Under the pieces are notes generated by a model, which worked only from the letters and a program-made list of their open reading frames with translations, did not search any database and was not told where the DNA came from. The translations under genes were made by a program, and so were the position numbers. 64,000 nt of DNA from Lingula anatina (Eukaryota; Animalia; Brachiopoda): NCBI GenBank assembly GCA_051362555.1, contig CM120644.1, forward strand, positions 4,596,954 to 4,660,953, in the 5' to 3' direction. Positions 14,288 through 29,200 of the stretch are shown piece by piece (the stretch's first letter is position 1; each line of letters starts with the position of its first letter).

Positions 14288-17200
14288 TCACATGTCAATA
14301 GGAATGTGTCCAGGGTAAAACTCCTCCTGTGACCCTAATTCCTCTTCTTCTCTATTTTGCTCTTCTCCGTTTCTTTCCCTCGTCTCTATTTCTCTTAAGT
14401 CACCTTTCCTCCTGGGTGGTTGAGTCTGGTAACCAGATGTGCTGTCCTCACACTGGGCAGCAGGCTTATAAAACAAGCAATAGTTAATAGGCTTTATACA
14501 AGGAATTCTCAGGTAAAAAGTGATTTCGCCATAAGGCTGGGCTGAGTGTTATAAGTTTGATTGTTGACAATGTTTCTGAAAACAGGCCAACTAGTATGAT
14601 AGGAATGATTAAGTAAAATAGTAAGAATTTTGATCTCTTCTTCAAGAGGGCTAGTATTCAGGGCTATGCACAATGCACGCTTGTGACTGCATAAGTTGTG
14701 ACAGCATGGGCTGTGTTGCATTAGGTGTGACAGTGAGAGGTTGTAATTGATATTGTGTTTGGTGAGAAATACTTTCCAATGCATTTTGGGAGGACACAGA
14801 GAGAATAATCATAACAATAAGTGAGTATATTTTTTTACAGAAAGAAGTGTGGCAAAGAGTTACATGAGGCAAGATTACTATTCATTCCTTTAGGTGTGAC
14901 AGTTTCAATCTCATTGTTTAATCTCAGTGCATAAGCTCACCTCTGTTTGGTCTTGAAGCAGTTGTTGAATATCTGGCAACACACTGGGTACAGAGACTGT
15001 AACTGGAAACATTACGGTGTTAGGTATCAATGAATGAACTGTATTAGGTACAACAGCATGAACATTTCTCTCTAGAATATTAGTCAAAGACCACAAAGAA
15101 TTTTAGCTAAATTGATTGTTATAAGGTATTTACAGCAGTGCTAGTATATCATTTACTAGTCCATATTTTTTGTCAGAGCCTTGACCTTGAGCAAGTTGTA
15201 TTTGTTTCATCAAAGATATTCAATCTTAGAGATTAAAATTGCCCATCTGCACACATCAACTATATTTATGGTCAGCCAATCATATGTAAAACACTGCTGG
15301 GAAATTATCAAAGAGTTGACTTTATATAGCCAGCTATCTGGTTTTAGCAGTCTAATGTAAGACCTACAACCTTAGACATTTTGCGTAACCCATCCTTGAA
15401 TAATGTGGCCTTATGTCCCACACGGGACGAAGAGCATTGATGATCCTTGAATACAAATTTAAATCAAGCACACAACTGTGGAAGGTCATTGTTTATTATG
15501 AAGACACTCACACATACATCAGACTTACAAATCTAGTTACTTCAATTTGCTTGCACCCGTGTATGCAAACAGTCACGCATAAACACACAATAATGCCATT
15601 ACATCAAACAGAAGCTGGTTTGAGGAGTAAGGCAGACCATACCTGTTGTAGGTGTCAACTTTTGAATTTCATTTAGGCAATCCAAGGCACTCCATCGTTT
15701 ACCTGGCACTGGGTTTAGCATGTAACATATTAGATTCTTTAAACGGTAAGTGTACAGTTTATCCTTAGTATCCTCAGCATACTCTACAATATGGCTGCCA
15801 TATGTAGCAATCTGAAACAGGTTGAAATAAGCATTATGTTCACAGCCAGGGTTGGGTCCACCTTGACAAAATTCAAGGCTTCTTTCAAACTGTTATCACA
15901 AATTTGCAGCAGACAGTAGTAAAAATCAATTTCTTGCAACAAGTTTATTAAGTGGGGGTGGGTTGGATGGCGGTGAGGGGTGGGCCAAATTGGGCGATGG
16001 TTGTATGCCAGATGGGACCGAAAATAGGGATTTTGTAACACTATAAATTGCAGTTACATTTCACGCATATTTAAGAATTCAATCTTTACATACATTCAAG
16101 AGCATCTACTAACTAAAGCAGATAAAATGCACAACATTGAACAAATGAATTTGATTTAAACAAGGCAGCAAAGCTGTCAAATTTACAGGCATAAAGCAGA
16201 AAATAACAATACAAAAAATAGGTTACTGTCAATTCTGATGCAAAAGTACATTATGCTTAACTGCAAATTCAACATCAAATTTTAATTATACTCAACAGGT
16301 AATACTCTAGGCCCATGGGGGTTCAAGTTCACATGTTGGAAATGCCAGAATGAGAAAAATAAAAATTTCACACAAAATTGCATAAATTCAACAAGGCAGC
16401 AAAGCTGTCAAATGTACAGACAAAAAGCAGGAAATAACAAAACAGGCTACTGTCAATTCTGATGCAAAAGTGCATTATGCTTAACTGCAAATTCAACATC
16501 AAATTTTAATTATGCTCAACAGGTATTACCAATGTAAGTGAAATGTGTAACAAGCATAAGGCTTCAGGCCTATGGGAGTTTAAGTTCACACTTTGAAAAT
16601 GCCAGAATGAGAAAAATGAAAATTTCACATAAAACTGCTTAAATTCAATAATAAATGATAACCCATTTGAGCTGGCTTCCTTATTTGAACTGCATGCCAA
16701 TCCTACAAATCATATTTGTAAGTTGAAAATAATAATAAGTAACACAGTTTTCTTTTCATAATGTTTGTAGTAGCAGTGCAAAAAGATTTTTGTCAATTTT
16801 GATGTAACATTACATAATAAATTACAGAATAATTATCACCAATTTTTGATTATTGACTATAAATAGCATGGACATGTAGAAAATTTGATTACCATTTGGC
16901 TTCATGTCCATGGGAGCTTCGAGTCCCACAATGAATATGCCAACATGATAAAAATGAATATTTCACTAAAATGTGTAACTTCCAGAAAAAGAAGCCAATT
17001 AGACTGCTTTTCTAACTCAGGCTGCATCTTTCTAACTCAGTCCTGTTTCTTTTTTGAAAGATTGACAATCATAAGTAACATGGTTCTCCCATAATGGTCA
17101 TCATGGCAGCAGCACCCAAAATTGTGTTTTCTTCTATTTTAATGCAATATTACATAATGCTTAACAGCATAATGACCATCAGTTTTTATTAATAAAAGAT

Positions 17201-20200
17201 CCGTATCATGGATTTTCAGAAATGTGACTAGCATGGGTCTTCAAGCCGGTGGAGATTCTTAAGTCACACCTTGAAAATGCCAATATGTGAAAAATTAAAT
17301 TTTCACAAAAAACTGATTAACTGCCAAAAAAATTTACCAAATAGACTGCATTGCCCACTGAAGCTTTATTTAAGTCCCATGTTTCTTCCTGTAAGTTTGA
17401 GAACAGTAAGTGACATGGTTTTCCTTAAATGGTCATCATGGGAGCAGTGTCCAAAATAGGGGTGTCTTCAAATTTTGATGCAATGTTACATAATGTTTAA
17501 CAGGATAATTGCCATCAATTTTTAATAATAAAATATTAGTATCATGGATATTCAGAAAATGTACCTAGCAAAGGTCTTCAGGCCCAAGGAACTTCAAAGT
17601 CACACCTTGAAAATGCCAAAATGTAGACAAGACAGCACTGTCCTGAAATGTGTTTTTTTTTTCATTTTTAACAATTTTTTAACATATAACAAAATTAACA
17701 ATTTACTGCCATTTAAATATGATCAACTAAAAAAATTGATGAGTTGGGAAAAATATCAATAGAACAGTGTTTAATGTCCAATTTCCTCCATTCTGAGTTT
17801 CTGAACATAGTGAATGAATGAATCTGACAAACTGCAATGAGTTTATTTCCATTTTTGAAACTCTATTATACAATACATGATAACAAGTTTACCATAATTT
17901 TTACATAATCAACTAACAATGTTGTAAAGATGCAGGAAATGTCAAACAAACACTTTTACTAATCTTATTAGTTAAATAATGAGACTGTTAACATGCCGAA
18001 GAATTGAATCTGAGGAAATGTGAAAAAACAGCATAACTTATAAAATAATGGCCCGATTATGCTGATTTTCGAACTTGACCTGCATTTTAGTAAGATTGAT
18101 TACTCCTGTGAGTTTCATGACAACAGGTTTATCGGTTTTCCTTGAAATGTGTTAACAGTGTTGCACATATGCTGAAAAGTGAAAAAAACAGCATAACTAC
18201 TAAAATAGTGGCCCGATCATGCCGATTTTCGAACTTGATCTGTGTTTTAGTAAGATTGATAACTCCTGTGAGTTTCATGACAACAGGCCTATCGGTTTTC
18301 CTTGAAATGTGTTAACAGTGTTGCATATATGCTAAAAAGTGAAAAAACAGGATAAATTCTACAATAATGGCCTGATCATGCTGATTTTCGAACTTGACCT
18401 GCGTTTTATGAATATTAGTCAGCTCTGTAAATATAAAGCCAAAAAGTAAAACTGTCTTTCACTTATGGTGTTAACGCTGAAAGTGCACGGCGACGGCGAC
18501 GGCGACATGATCGGCGACGGCGACGGCGACGACAGACGCAGGTGATGGCAATATGTACAGACACATCTGTGTCTGTACATAATAATAAATGATAACCCAA
18601 ATGAGCTGGCTTTTTAATTTGAACTACATGCCAATCCTAAAAATCATACTTGTAAGTTAAAAATAGTAATTAGTAATAGTTTTCTTTTCATAATGTTTGT
18701 AGTAGCAGTGCAAGAAGATTTGTCAATTTTGATGTAACATTTCATAATAAACTACAGAAAAATTATCACCAATTTTTGATTACTGACTATAAATAGCACA
18801 GAAAATTTCATTACCATTCGGCTTCATGTCCATGGGAGCTCCGAGTCCGACAATGAATATGCCAATACGATAATAATGAATATTTCACTAAAATGTATAA
18901 CTTCAGGAAAAAGAAGCCAACTAGACTGCTTTTCCACCTACATTTCAGTCCTGTGTTTCTTTTTTGAAAGTTTGACAATCATAAGTTACATAGTTTTTCC
19001 TGATGGTCAACAGCACCCAAAATTGTTTTCTTCTATTTTGATGCAATATTACACAATGCTTATCAGCATAATGACTGTCAATTTTTAATAATAAAATATA
19101 CGTATCATGGATTTTCAGAAAACATGACTAGCATGGGTCTTCAAGCCCGTGGAGGTTTTAAGTCACACCTTGAAAATGCCAATATGTGAAAATTTAAATT
19201 TTCACAAAAAACTGTCTAATTGCCAGAAAGAATTACCAAACAGACTGCATTGCCTACTGAAGCTGGATTTTAGTCCCATGTTTCTTTCCTGTAAGTTTGA
19301 GATCAGTAAGTGACATGGTTTTACCTTAAATGGTCATCATCGGAGCAGTGCCCAAAATAGGAGTTTCTTCAAATTTTGATGCAACATTACATAATGTTTA
19401 ACAGCATAATGACCATCAATTTTAATAATAAAATATTAGTAACATGGATATTCAGAAAATGTGACTAGCACAGGTCTTCAGGCCCATGGAACTTCAAAGT
19501 CGCAACCTGAAAATGCCTAAATGTAAACAACAAGACAGCACTGTTCTGAAAGGTTTTTTTTTTTTTACATTTTTTACAATTTTTTTACATAAAACAAAAT
19601 TAACAGTTTACTGCCATTTTTATATGACCAACTAAGAAAATTGATGAGATGGGAAAAATATCAATACAACAGTGTTAAATGTCCAATTTCCTCCATTCTG
19701 AGATTCTGAACATAGTGAATGATTGAATCTGACAAACTGCAATGATGAGTTTATTTCCATTTTTGAAACTTAAATACACAACACATGATAACAAGTTTAC
19801 CATCATTTTTACATAATCAACTAACAATGTTGTAAAGATGCAGGATATGTCAAACAAACACTTTTACATATCTTATTTATTAAATAATGAAACTGTTAAC
19901 ATGCCTAAGAAATGAATCTGAGGAAATGTGAAAAAACAGCATAACTTCTAAAATAATGGCCTGATTATGCTGATTTTTTAACTCAACCTGCGTTTTAGCA
20001 GGATTGACCACACCTGTGAGTTTAATGACAATTGGCCAATCTGTTTTTCTTATATTGTGTTTACAGTGTTGCATATATGCTGAAAAGTGAAAAACAAGCA
20101 TAACTGCTAAAATAGTGGCCCAATCATGCCGATTTTCGAACTTGACCTGCGTTTTATGAATATTCATCAGCTCTGTAAATATAAAGCCAAAAAGTAAAAC

Positions 20201-23200
20201 TGCCTTTCACTTATTGTGTTTACAATGTAAGTGCACGGCGCCGGCATCGGCGACGACAGACGCAGGTGATGGTAATATGTACAGACACATCTGTGTCTGT
20301 ACATAAAAAAAATGATACTGCTGAAATAATTCAAATTGAAATACAAATGAATATAATAACAAAATTCCAATGCACAAATTACTCATGCAACCAAATTACA
20401 GGTGTAAAGACCAATCTACCTACAAGCTTCTGCAAGTTCTTTTGATCTTTGGGCAATGGTCCATTTGTCACTGCTCCAATCCTCTTTGGCAGGTATGTCC
20501 AGACTTCTTTTCCTGTCATCAGATATATCACACTGCAGGCCAGAGCCCAGATGTCCATCTTTTCTGAGCAGTTTTGCATATCAGTGCATACCTCTGGGGG
20601 AAGATAGTTCAGTGTAATACCTGAAGTATGGAGATTGTGTTAGTTGAGAATTAGTTTTCATAAAGGGTTTCAAAGTAAAGACAAAGTGTTATAGTCCAAA
20701 TTTTAGCTGTGTTTAAAAAGAGAACAACTCTATAACATGACAACAAAATTAAAATTGAGAATAATTTCAAATTGTTCACCTTTCCCAGGCTTTGAATCTC
20801 TTTTCATTGCACCTCCAAAGTCAATAATCTTGACAATGCCATCATCAGTTATCCCTATATTTGATGCTATAAAGAAAAGGAGAGTCTTATATTGCTACAA
20901 CCGTGCTGATTTTTAGGCAAGCCACAAAAGAAAAAAAAAAAACCTACAGGTGAAACCCAAAAATATTATCAAACAAGAGAATAAGAGAAGGGAGTGACCC
21001 ATGTTAACTAGAGAGTAATCTCTGTTAACTAAAGAGAAATCCATGTTAATTAAGGAGTTATCTTTTAACTGAGGAGTAATTAGTCTCTGCGAACTATGTA
21101 GTAACCTCTGTTAACTAAGAACCCATTCAGAACAGAAGATCTGAGTACTTTCTGATCCATGGTATGCCCTATATGAAAGAAAGGCCAACTATTCTGCTGA
21201 CAGTCACCCCGCCTCAACATGCAGAGATCCAGCAATTAAACCTCAGAGACGTAATTAAATGGTTTAATGGTGTATGTGGAGGCAATTAGACCATCAGCAG
21301 ATTAGTCAGCTCTTCTCTCATGTAGGGTCCACTAATTTTGATCTGTGGCTCAAAAAGTCTTCGGATCTTTTATTCTGAATGGGTTCTAAAGAGGACTTGG
21401 AAAGCTGCTGGTCGATTTTCCGATGAGAAATATTTCTCAGCTTATACAAATGTTCAGAAAATGACCATGCAGCTTGAAGAAAGTTCACTAATCAAAATTG
21501 AAACTGCATACGCTAATACAGAAAAAATTGTGCATTTCTGACCTCAACTTGTCAGTGTAAATAAAGTGAACTGAACACATCGCAAGCAAGCACGTGGATG
21601 CCGCGTTTGAAACTTTGTATCAGACGCTTCATTTTCTTGACAACACAGTGTTTACAATTGGCATGACAGGCAAAACAGCTAAAAAACTCGTCTTTCTGAT
21701 TTTCGTTGATTTTTTGAAGGGCAGTGTTGTTGAGATTTTTCTGGCTATTGGTTGATTTTTGACTTTTTGAGTGGTGCTGGTACATACAACATTAATGAGT
21801 TTTTTCTGTGTGCTGATTTCCCTTTTTTTTGGGGGGGGGGGGTTGGGGGGGGGGGGGTGGTGGGAGCCAAAAAGTCACATTCATATTATATTCATTATAC
21901 TAGAAAAGCACTCCGAGAGCGCAGACCTCCGCCAAGGCAGCAATTTTTTTATCATTATTGATTGTTGATTGATTATTAATTGGTTCTTGATCCGGATCAC
22001 CACCAAAAACTAATCATCTGTTCCTTGGCCCACTTCTGACAGTTCCTGAATATTTCATCAAAATCGGTCCATAATTTTTTGAGTTATACTGATGACAAAC
22101 AAACAGACAAACAGGGGTGAAAACATAACCTCCTTGGCAGAGGTAATAAATAAATAACAACGGCAATAAAATACTTTCACATGCATGACATATTTCCCTC
22201 TTCAATAAATCTGTTGTAAAGTTAATGACTTACACCTTTGCATCAGTATGACAATTCTAAAAAAAAAGCTAGGATGTCTCATCCATGTACTTGAATGTCT
22301 CTCCACACAAACCAAAAGTAAAAATCCAAAATTCGAACATAAGAAAATCATAAAAAACAAGGCAGCAAAGCTGTCAAATGTACAGACAAAAAGCAGGAAA
22401 TAACTATGCACAAAATAGGCTACTGTCAATTCTGATGCAAAAGTACATTATGTTAAACTGCAAATTCAACATCAAATTTTAATTATGCTCAACAGGTAAT
22501 ACCAATGTAAGTGAAATGTGTAACAAGCGTAAGGCTTCAGGCCCATGGGAGTTTAAGTTCACACTTTGAAAATGCCAGAATGAGAAAAATGAAAATTTCA
22601 CATAAAACTGCTTAAATTCAATAATAAATGATAACCCATTTGAGCTGGCTTTCTAATTTGAACTGCATGCCAATCCTCCAAATCATACTTGTAAGTTGAA
22701 AATAATAATAAGTAACATAGTTTTCTTTTCATAATGTTTGTAGTAGCAGTGCAAAAAGATTTTTGTCAATTTTGATGTAACATTACATAATAAATTACAG
22801 AATAATTATCACCAATTTTTGATTATTGACTATAAATAGCATGGACATGTAGAAAATTTGATTACCATTTGGCTTCATGTCCATGGGAGCTTCGAGTCCC
22901 ACAATGAATATGCCAACATGATAAAAATAATTATTTCACTAAAATGTATAACTTCCAGAAAAAGAAGCCAATTAGACTGCTTTTCCAACTCAGGCTGCAT
23001 TTTAGTCCTTTGTTTCTTTTTTGAAAGTTTGACAATCATAAGTAACATGGTTTTCCCATAATGGTCATCATGGCAGCAGCACCCAAAATTGTGTTTTCTT
23101 CTATTTTAATGCAATATTACATAATGCTTAACAGCATAATGACCATCAGTTTTTAATAATAAAAGATCCGTATCGTGGATTTTCAGAAAATGTGATTAGC

Positions 23201-26200
23201 ATGGGTCTTCAAGCTCGTGGAGGTTCTAAGTCACACCTTGAAAATGCCAATATGTGAAAAATTAAATTTTCACAAAAAACTGATTAATAGTCTGCATTGC
23301 CCACTGAAGCTTTATTTAAGTCCCATGTTTCTTCCTGTAAGTTTGAGAACAGTAAGTGACATGGTTTTCCTTAAATGGTCATCATGGGAGCAGTGTCCAA
23401 AATAGGGGTGTCTTCAAATTTTGATGCACTATTACATAATGTTTAACAGGATAATTACCATCAATTTTTAATAATAAAATATCAGTATCATGGATATTCA
23501 GAAAATGTGACTAGCAAAGGTCTTCAGGCCAAAGGAACTTCAAAGTCACACCTTGAAAATGCCAAAATGTTGACAAGACAGCACTGTCCTGAAATGTGTT
23601 TTTTTCCATTTTTAACAATTTTTTAACATATAACAAAATTAACAATTTACTGCCATTTTTATATGATCAACTAAGAAAATTGATGAGATGGGAAAAATAT
23701 CGATAGAACAGTGTTAAATGTCCAATTTCCTCCATTCTGAGTTTCTGAACATAGTCAATGAATGAATCTGACAAACTGCAATGATATGAGTTTATTTCCA
23801 TTTTTGAAACACTATTATACAATACATGATAACAAGTTTACCATCATTTTTACATAATCAACTAACAATGTTGTAAAGATGCAGGAAATGTCAAACAAAC
23901 ACTTTTACGAATCTTATTAGTTAAATAATGAGACTGTTAACATGCCTAAGAATTGAATCTGAGGAAATGTGAATAAACAGCATAACTTATAAAATAATGG
24001 CCTGATTATGCTGATTTTCGAACTTGACCTGCATTTTAGTAAGATTGATTACCACTGTGAGTTTCATGACAACAGGTCTATCGGTTTTCCTTGAAATGTG
24101 TTAACAGTGTTGCACATATGCTGAAAAGTGAAAAAAACAGCATAACTACTAAAATAGTGGCCCGATCATGCCGATTTTCGAACTTGACCTGCGTTTTAGT
24201 AAGATTGATTACCCCTATGAGTTTCATGACAACAGGCCTATCGGTTTTTATTGAAATGTGTTTACGATGTTGCAGATATGCTGAAAAGTGAAAAAAAAGC
24301 ATAACTTCTACAATAATGGCCCGATCATGCTTATTTTCGAACTTGACCTGCATTTTATGAATACTCATCAGCTCTGTAAATATAAAGCCAAAAAGTAAAA
24401 CTGTCTTCCACTTATGGTGTTAATGCTGAAAGTGCACGGCAACAGTGACGGCGACATGATCGACGACGGCGACGACAGGCGCAGGTGATGGCAATATGTA
24501 CATACATATCTGTGTCTGTACATAATAAAATATATGTATCATGGATTTTCAGAAAATGTGACTAGTATGGGTCTTCAAGCCCGTGGAGGTTTTAAGTCAC
24601 ACCTTGAAAATGCCAATATGTGAAAAATTAAATTTTCACAAAAAACTGATTAACTGCCAAAAAAATTTACCAAATAGTCTGCATTGCCCACTGAAGCTTT
24701 ATTTAAGTCCCATGTTTCTTCCTGTAAGTTTGAGAACAGTAAGTGACATGGTTTTCCTTAAATGGTCATCATGGGAGCAGTGTCCAAAATAGGGGTGTCT
24801 TCAAATTTTGATGCAATGTTACATAATGTTTAACAGGATAATTACCATCAATTTTTAATAATAAAATATTAGTATCATGGATATTCAGAAAATGTTCCTA
24901 GCAAAGGTCTTCAGGCCAAAGGAACTTCAAAGTCACACCTTGAAAATGCCAAAATGTAGACAAGACAGCACTGTCCTGAAATGTTTTTTTTCCATTTTTA
25001 ACAATTTTTTAACATATAACAAAATTAACAATTTACTGCCATTTATATATGATCAACTAAGAAAATTGATGAGATGGGAAAAATATCAATAGAACAGTGT
25101 TTAATGTCCAATTTCCTCCATTCTGAGTTTCTGAACATAGTGAATGAATGAAACTGACAAACTGCAATGATATGAGTTTATTTCCATTTTTGAAACACTA
25201 TTATACAATACATGAAAACAAGTTTACCATCATTTTTACATAATCAACTAACAATGTTGTAAAGATGCAGGAAATGTCAAACAAACACTTTTACGAATCT
25301 TATTAGTTAAATAATGAGACTGTTAACATGCCTAAGAATTGAATCTGAGGAAATGTTTAAAAACAGCATAACTTATAAAATAATGGCCCGATTATGCTGA
25401 TTTTCGAACTTGACCTGCATTTTAGTAAGATTAATTACTCCTGTGAGTTTCATGACAACAGGTCTATCGGTTTTCCTTGAAATGTGTTAACAGTGTTGCA
25501 CATATGCTGAAAAGTGCAAAAAACAGCATAACTACTAAAATAGTGGCCCGATCATGCCGATTTTCGAACTTGATCTGCGTTTCAGTAAGATTAATTACTC
25601 CTGTGAGTTTCATGACAACAGGCCTATCGGTTTTCCTTGAAATGTGTTAACAGTGTTGCATATATGCTAAAAAGTGAAAACACAGCATAAATACTACAGT
25701 AATTGCCCAAACATGCTGATTTTCGAACTTGACCTGCGTTTTATGAATATTCATCAGCTCTGTAAATATAAAGCCAAAAAGTAAAACTGTCTTCCACTTA
25801 TCGTGTTAACGATGAAAGTGCACGGCGACGGCGACGGCGACAGGGACGGCGACAGGGACGGCGACGGCGACGACAGACGCAGGTGATGGCAATATGTACA
25901 GACACATCTGTGTCTGTACATAATAATGCTTTAGTGAAAAAACGCCGATTTTCCCATTGATTTGAATGGGGAATAGTGCATTACTAAGGGTGTAATGCAC
26001 TTCAACTTGGCGTAGTTCCCTTATTTGGTCGGTGACCCCCAATTCTTTTGGCAAAATTTAAATGTACTTGGATGCCTCTTTACATAAAAATTAAAAACAA
26101 GGCAGCAAAGCTGTCAAATGTACTGACAAAAAACAGGAAATAACTATGCACAAAATAGGCTACTGTCAATTCTGATGCAAAAGTACATTATATTAAACTG

Positions 26201-29200
26201 CAAATTCAACATCAAATTTTAATTATGCTCAACAGGTAATACCAATGTAAGTAAAATGTGTAACAAGCATAAGGCTTCAGGCCCTTGAGAGTTCAAGTTC
26301 ACACTTTGAAAATGTATAACTTCCAGAAAAAGAAGCCAATTAGCCTGCTTTCCCAACTCAGGCTGCATGCCGATTTTCGAACTTGACCTCCGTTTTAGTA
26401 AGATCAATTACTCCTGAGAGTTTCACGACAACAGGCCTATCGGTTTTCCTTGAAAAGTTGGCAATCATAAGTAACATGGTTTTCCCATAATGGTCATCAT
26501 GGCAGCAGCATCCAAAATTGTGATGCCAAATTACATAATGGTTAACGGCATTATGATCGTCAATTTTTAATAATAAAATATAATAAAATATATGTATCAT
26601 GGATTTTCAGAAAATGTGACTAGCATGGGTCTTCAAGCCCGTGGAACTTCAAAGTCACACCTTGAAAATGCCAATAAGTGAAAAATTAAATTTTTAAAAC
26701 TGTTTAACTGGCAGTAAGAATTACCAAACAGATTGCATTGCCTACTGAAGCTGTATTTTAGTCCCATGTTTCTTTCCTCTAAGTTTGAGAACAGTAAGTG
26801 ACATGGTTTTTCTTAAATGGTCATCATGGGAGCAGTGCCCAAAATAGTTTTTTTTTCAAATTTTGATGCAATATTACATAATGTTGAACAGCATGATGAC
26901 CATCAATTTTAATAATAAAATATTAATATTATGGACATTCAGAAAATGTGACTAGCAAAGGTCTTCAGGCCCATGGAACTTCAAAGTCACAACTTGAAAA
27001 TGCCAAAATGTAAACAAGACAGCACTGTTCTGAAATGTTTTTTTCCCCATTTTTAACAATTTTTAACATAAAACAAAATTAACAGTTTACTGCCATTTTT
27101 ATATGATCAACTAAGAAAATTGATGAGATGGGAAAAATATCAATAGAATAGTGTTAAATGTCCAATTTCTTCCATTCTGAGATTCTGAACATAGTGAATG
27201 ATTCAATCTGACAAACTGCAATGATATGAGTTTATTTCCATTTTTGAAACTTTATTACACAATACACAATATTAAGTTTAACATCATTTTTACAAAATCA
27301 ACTAACAATGTTGTAAAGATGCAGGAAATGTCAAAAAAACACTTTTACATATCTTATTAATTAAATAATGAAACTGTTTACATGCCTAAGAATTGAATCT
27401 AAGGAAATGTGAAAAAAAGCATAACTTCTAAAATAATGGCCCGATTATGCTGATTTTCATACTCAACCCATGTTTTGGTAAGATTGACCACTCCTGTGAG
27501 TACAATGACAATTGGCGTATCTGTTTCTCTTATATTGTGTTGTCGGTGTTGCATATATATGCTGAAAAAAATAAAAAAACAGCATAACTAACATAAAAGT
27601 GGCTCTATCATACTGATTTTCGAACTTGACCTGCGTATTATAAATACTCATCAGTTCTGTAAGTTTCAAACCAAAAGGTAAAACCATTTTCCACTTATCG
27701 TGTTAACGGTGTTGCATATATGCTGAAAAAAGTGGGAAAAAAAGCATAACTTACCTAAAAATGACCCGATCATGCTGATTTTCGAACTTGACCGACGTAT
27801 TATGAATATTCATCAGTTCTGTAACTTTCAAGCCAAAAGGTAAAACGGTTTTTCACTTATCGTGTTTACGGTGTTGCATATATGCTGAAAAAATTGAAAA
27901 AACAGCATAACTTCCCTAAAAATAGCCCGATCATGCTGATTTTCGAACTTGACCGGCATATTATGAATATTCATCAGTTCTGTAACTTTCAAGCCAAAAG
28001 GTAAAACGGTTTTTCACTTATCGTGTTTACAGTTAAAGTGCACGCCAACGGCGACGGCGACGGCGACGACAGACGCAGTTGATGGCAATATGTACAGACA
28101 CATCTGTGTCTGTACATAAAAAAGTGTGGCCTTAACTGAAGGAGAAATCCCTTTTTAACTTGCGTTTTATATCACGGTGCCACCATCCACGATAATGCAA
28201 ATAGTACAGGCCCTCCAGCGCTTGCTTTAGATGGCAAAATATCACCTCTTCCGGGAGACTCACAGGTCTGACCACTCCCCTGGGGTATTTCAGGTGAACC
28301 CAAGTCCCACCTGAAAGTGGAAAATAATTAAAGGGACAAAGTGAAAGATTTTATAAGCCTTTTTCACTTATAAGACCACTTCTTGTCAAACTCATCTTAA
28401 AACTTGTAATACTTTTTGGAAATGATGAAAGAATATGAAAAACCAAACACAGGCACAAAACTTTCATTATCCCAGATTCTTACAAAGTTATGGGGAGTAT
28501 ATGGATAAAGGAATTGTCCAAATAACATAATTTGAGAGTAAACTAGAGGATCAGAGAGGCGATACCGCCTCCGAATATTGTACCACCAGCTGGAGCAAGC
28601 GCATTCGTATAGACCCCCACATACACAAAATAAGGGACACAGCCACCAGTCTTTTGCTTGACAAGCTGTAAAAATGCAATCAACAAGAATTTTCAAAATA
28701 TGCAAAAAAATATATCAAAAGTTCATCAAAAGGTAGGTGAAAGGTCAATTTCACAGTAAGATTGCCAGTATATGACTTCCCATTCAACTTCAAAAGTAAC
28801 TTTGGACCTATCTCTGCCAGTTTGGGAGATAAAAGGGAAGCAAAATTTGCAAAGTTCAGTTCATGGTGAAAAGTAGGTCAACGGTCAATTTCAAGGTCAC
28901 ATTTAGATTGCCAGTGTATGACTTCCTATTCTAGTTCAATAGTAACTATGGACCTATCTCTGCCAGTTTTGGATATGAAAGGGAAGCAAAATTTTCAAAG
29001 TTCAGTAATGGTGAAAAGTAGGTCAAAGGTCAATTTTAAGGTCACATTAAGATTGCCAGTGTATGGCTTCCTATTCAACTTCAATAGTAACTATGGACCT
29101 ATCTCTGCCAGTTTTGGAGATAAAAGGGAAGCAAAATTTGCAAAGTTCAGTTCATGGTGAAAAGTAGGTCAAAGGTCAATTTCAAGGTCACATTTAGATT

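Noticed and set aside
22234-22256. Micro-exon encoding an 'HTDAK' catalytic-loop-like peptide
   Set aside because: That frame is phase-incompatible, and the true HRDIK exon was found at 28310-28164.
16885-25092. Recurrent short ORFs (MPICEKLNF..., MDIQKM..., MITIWLH...) as a gene family
   Set aside because: They recur only because they lie in copies of the family A repeat. Frames are not preserved between copies and no domains are present.
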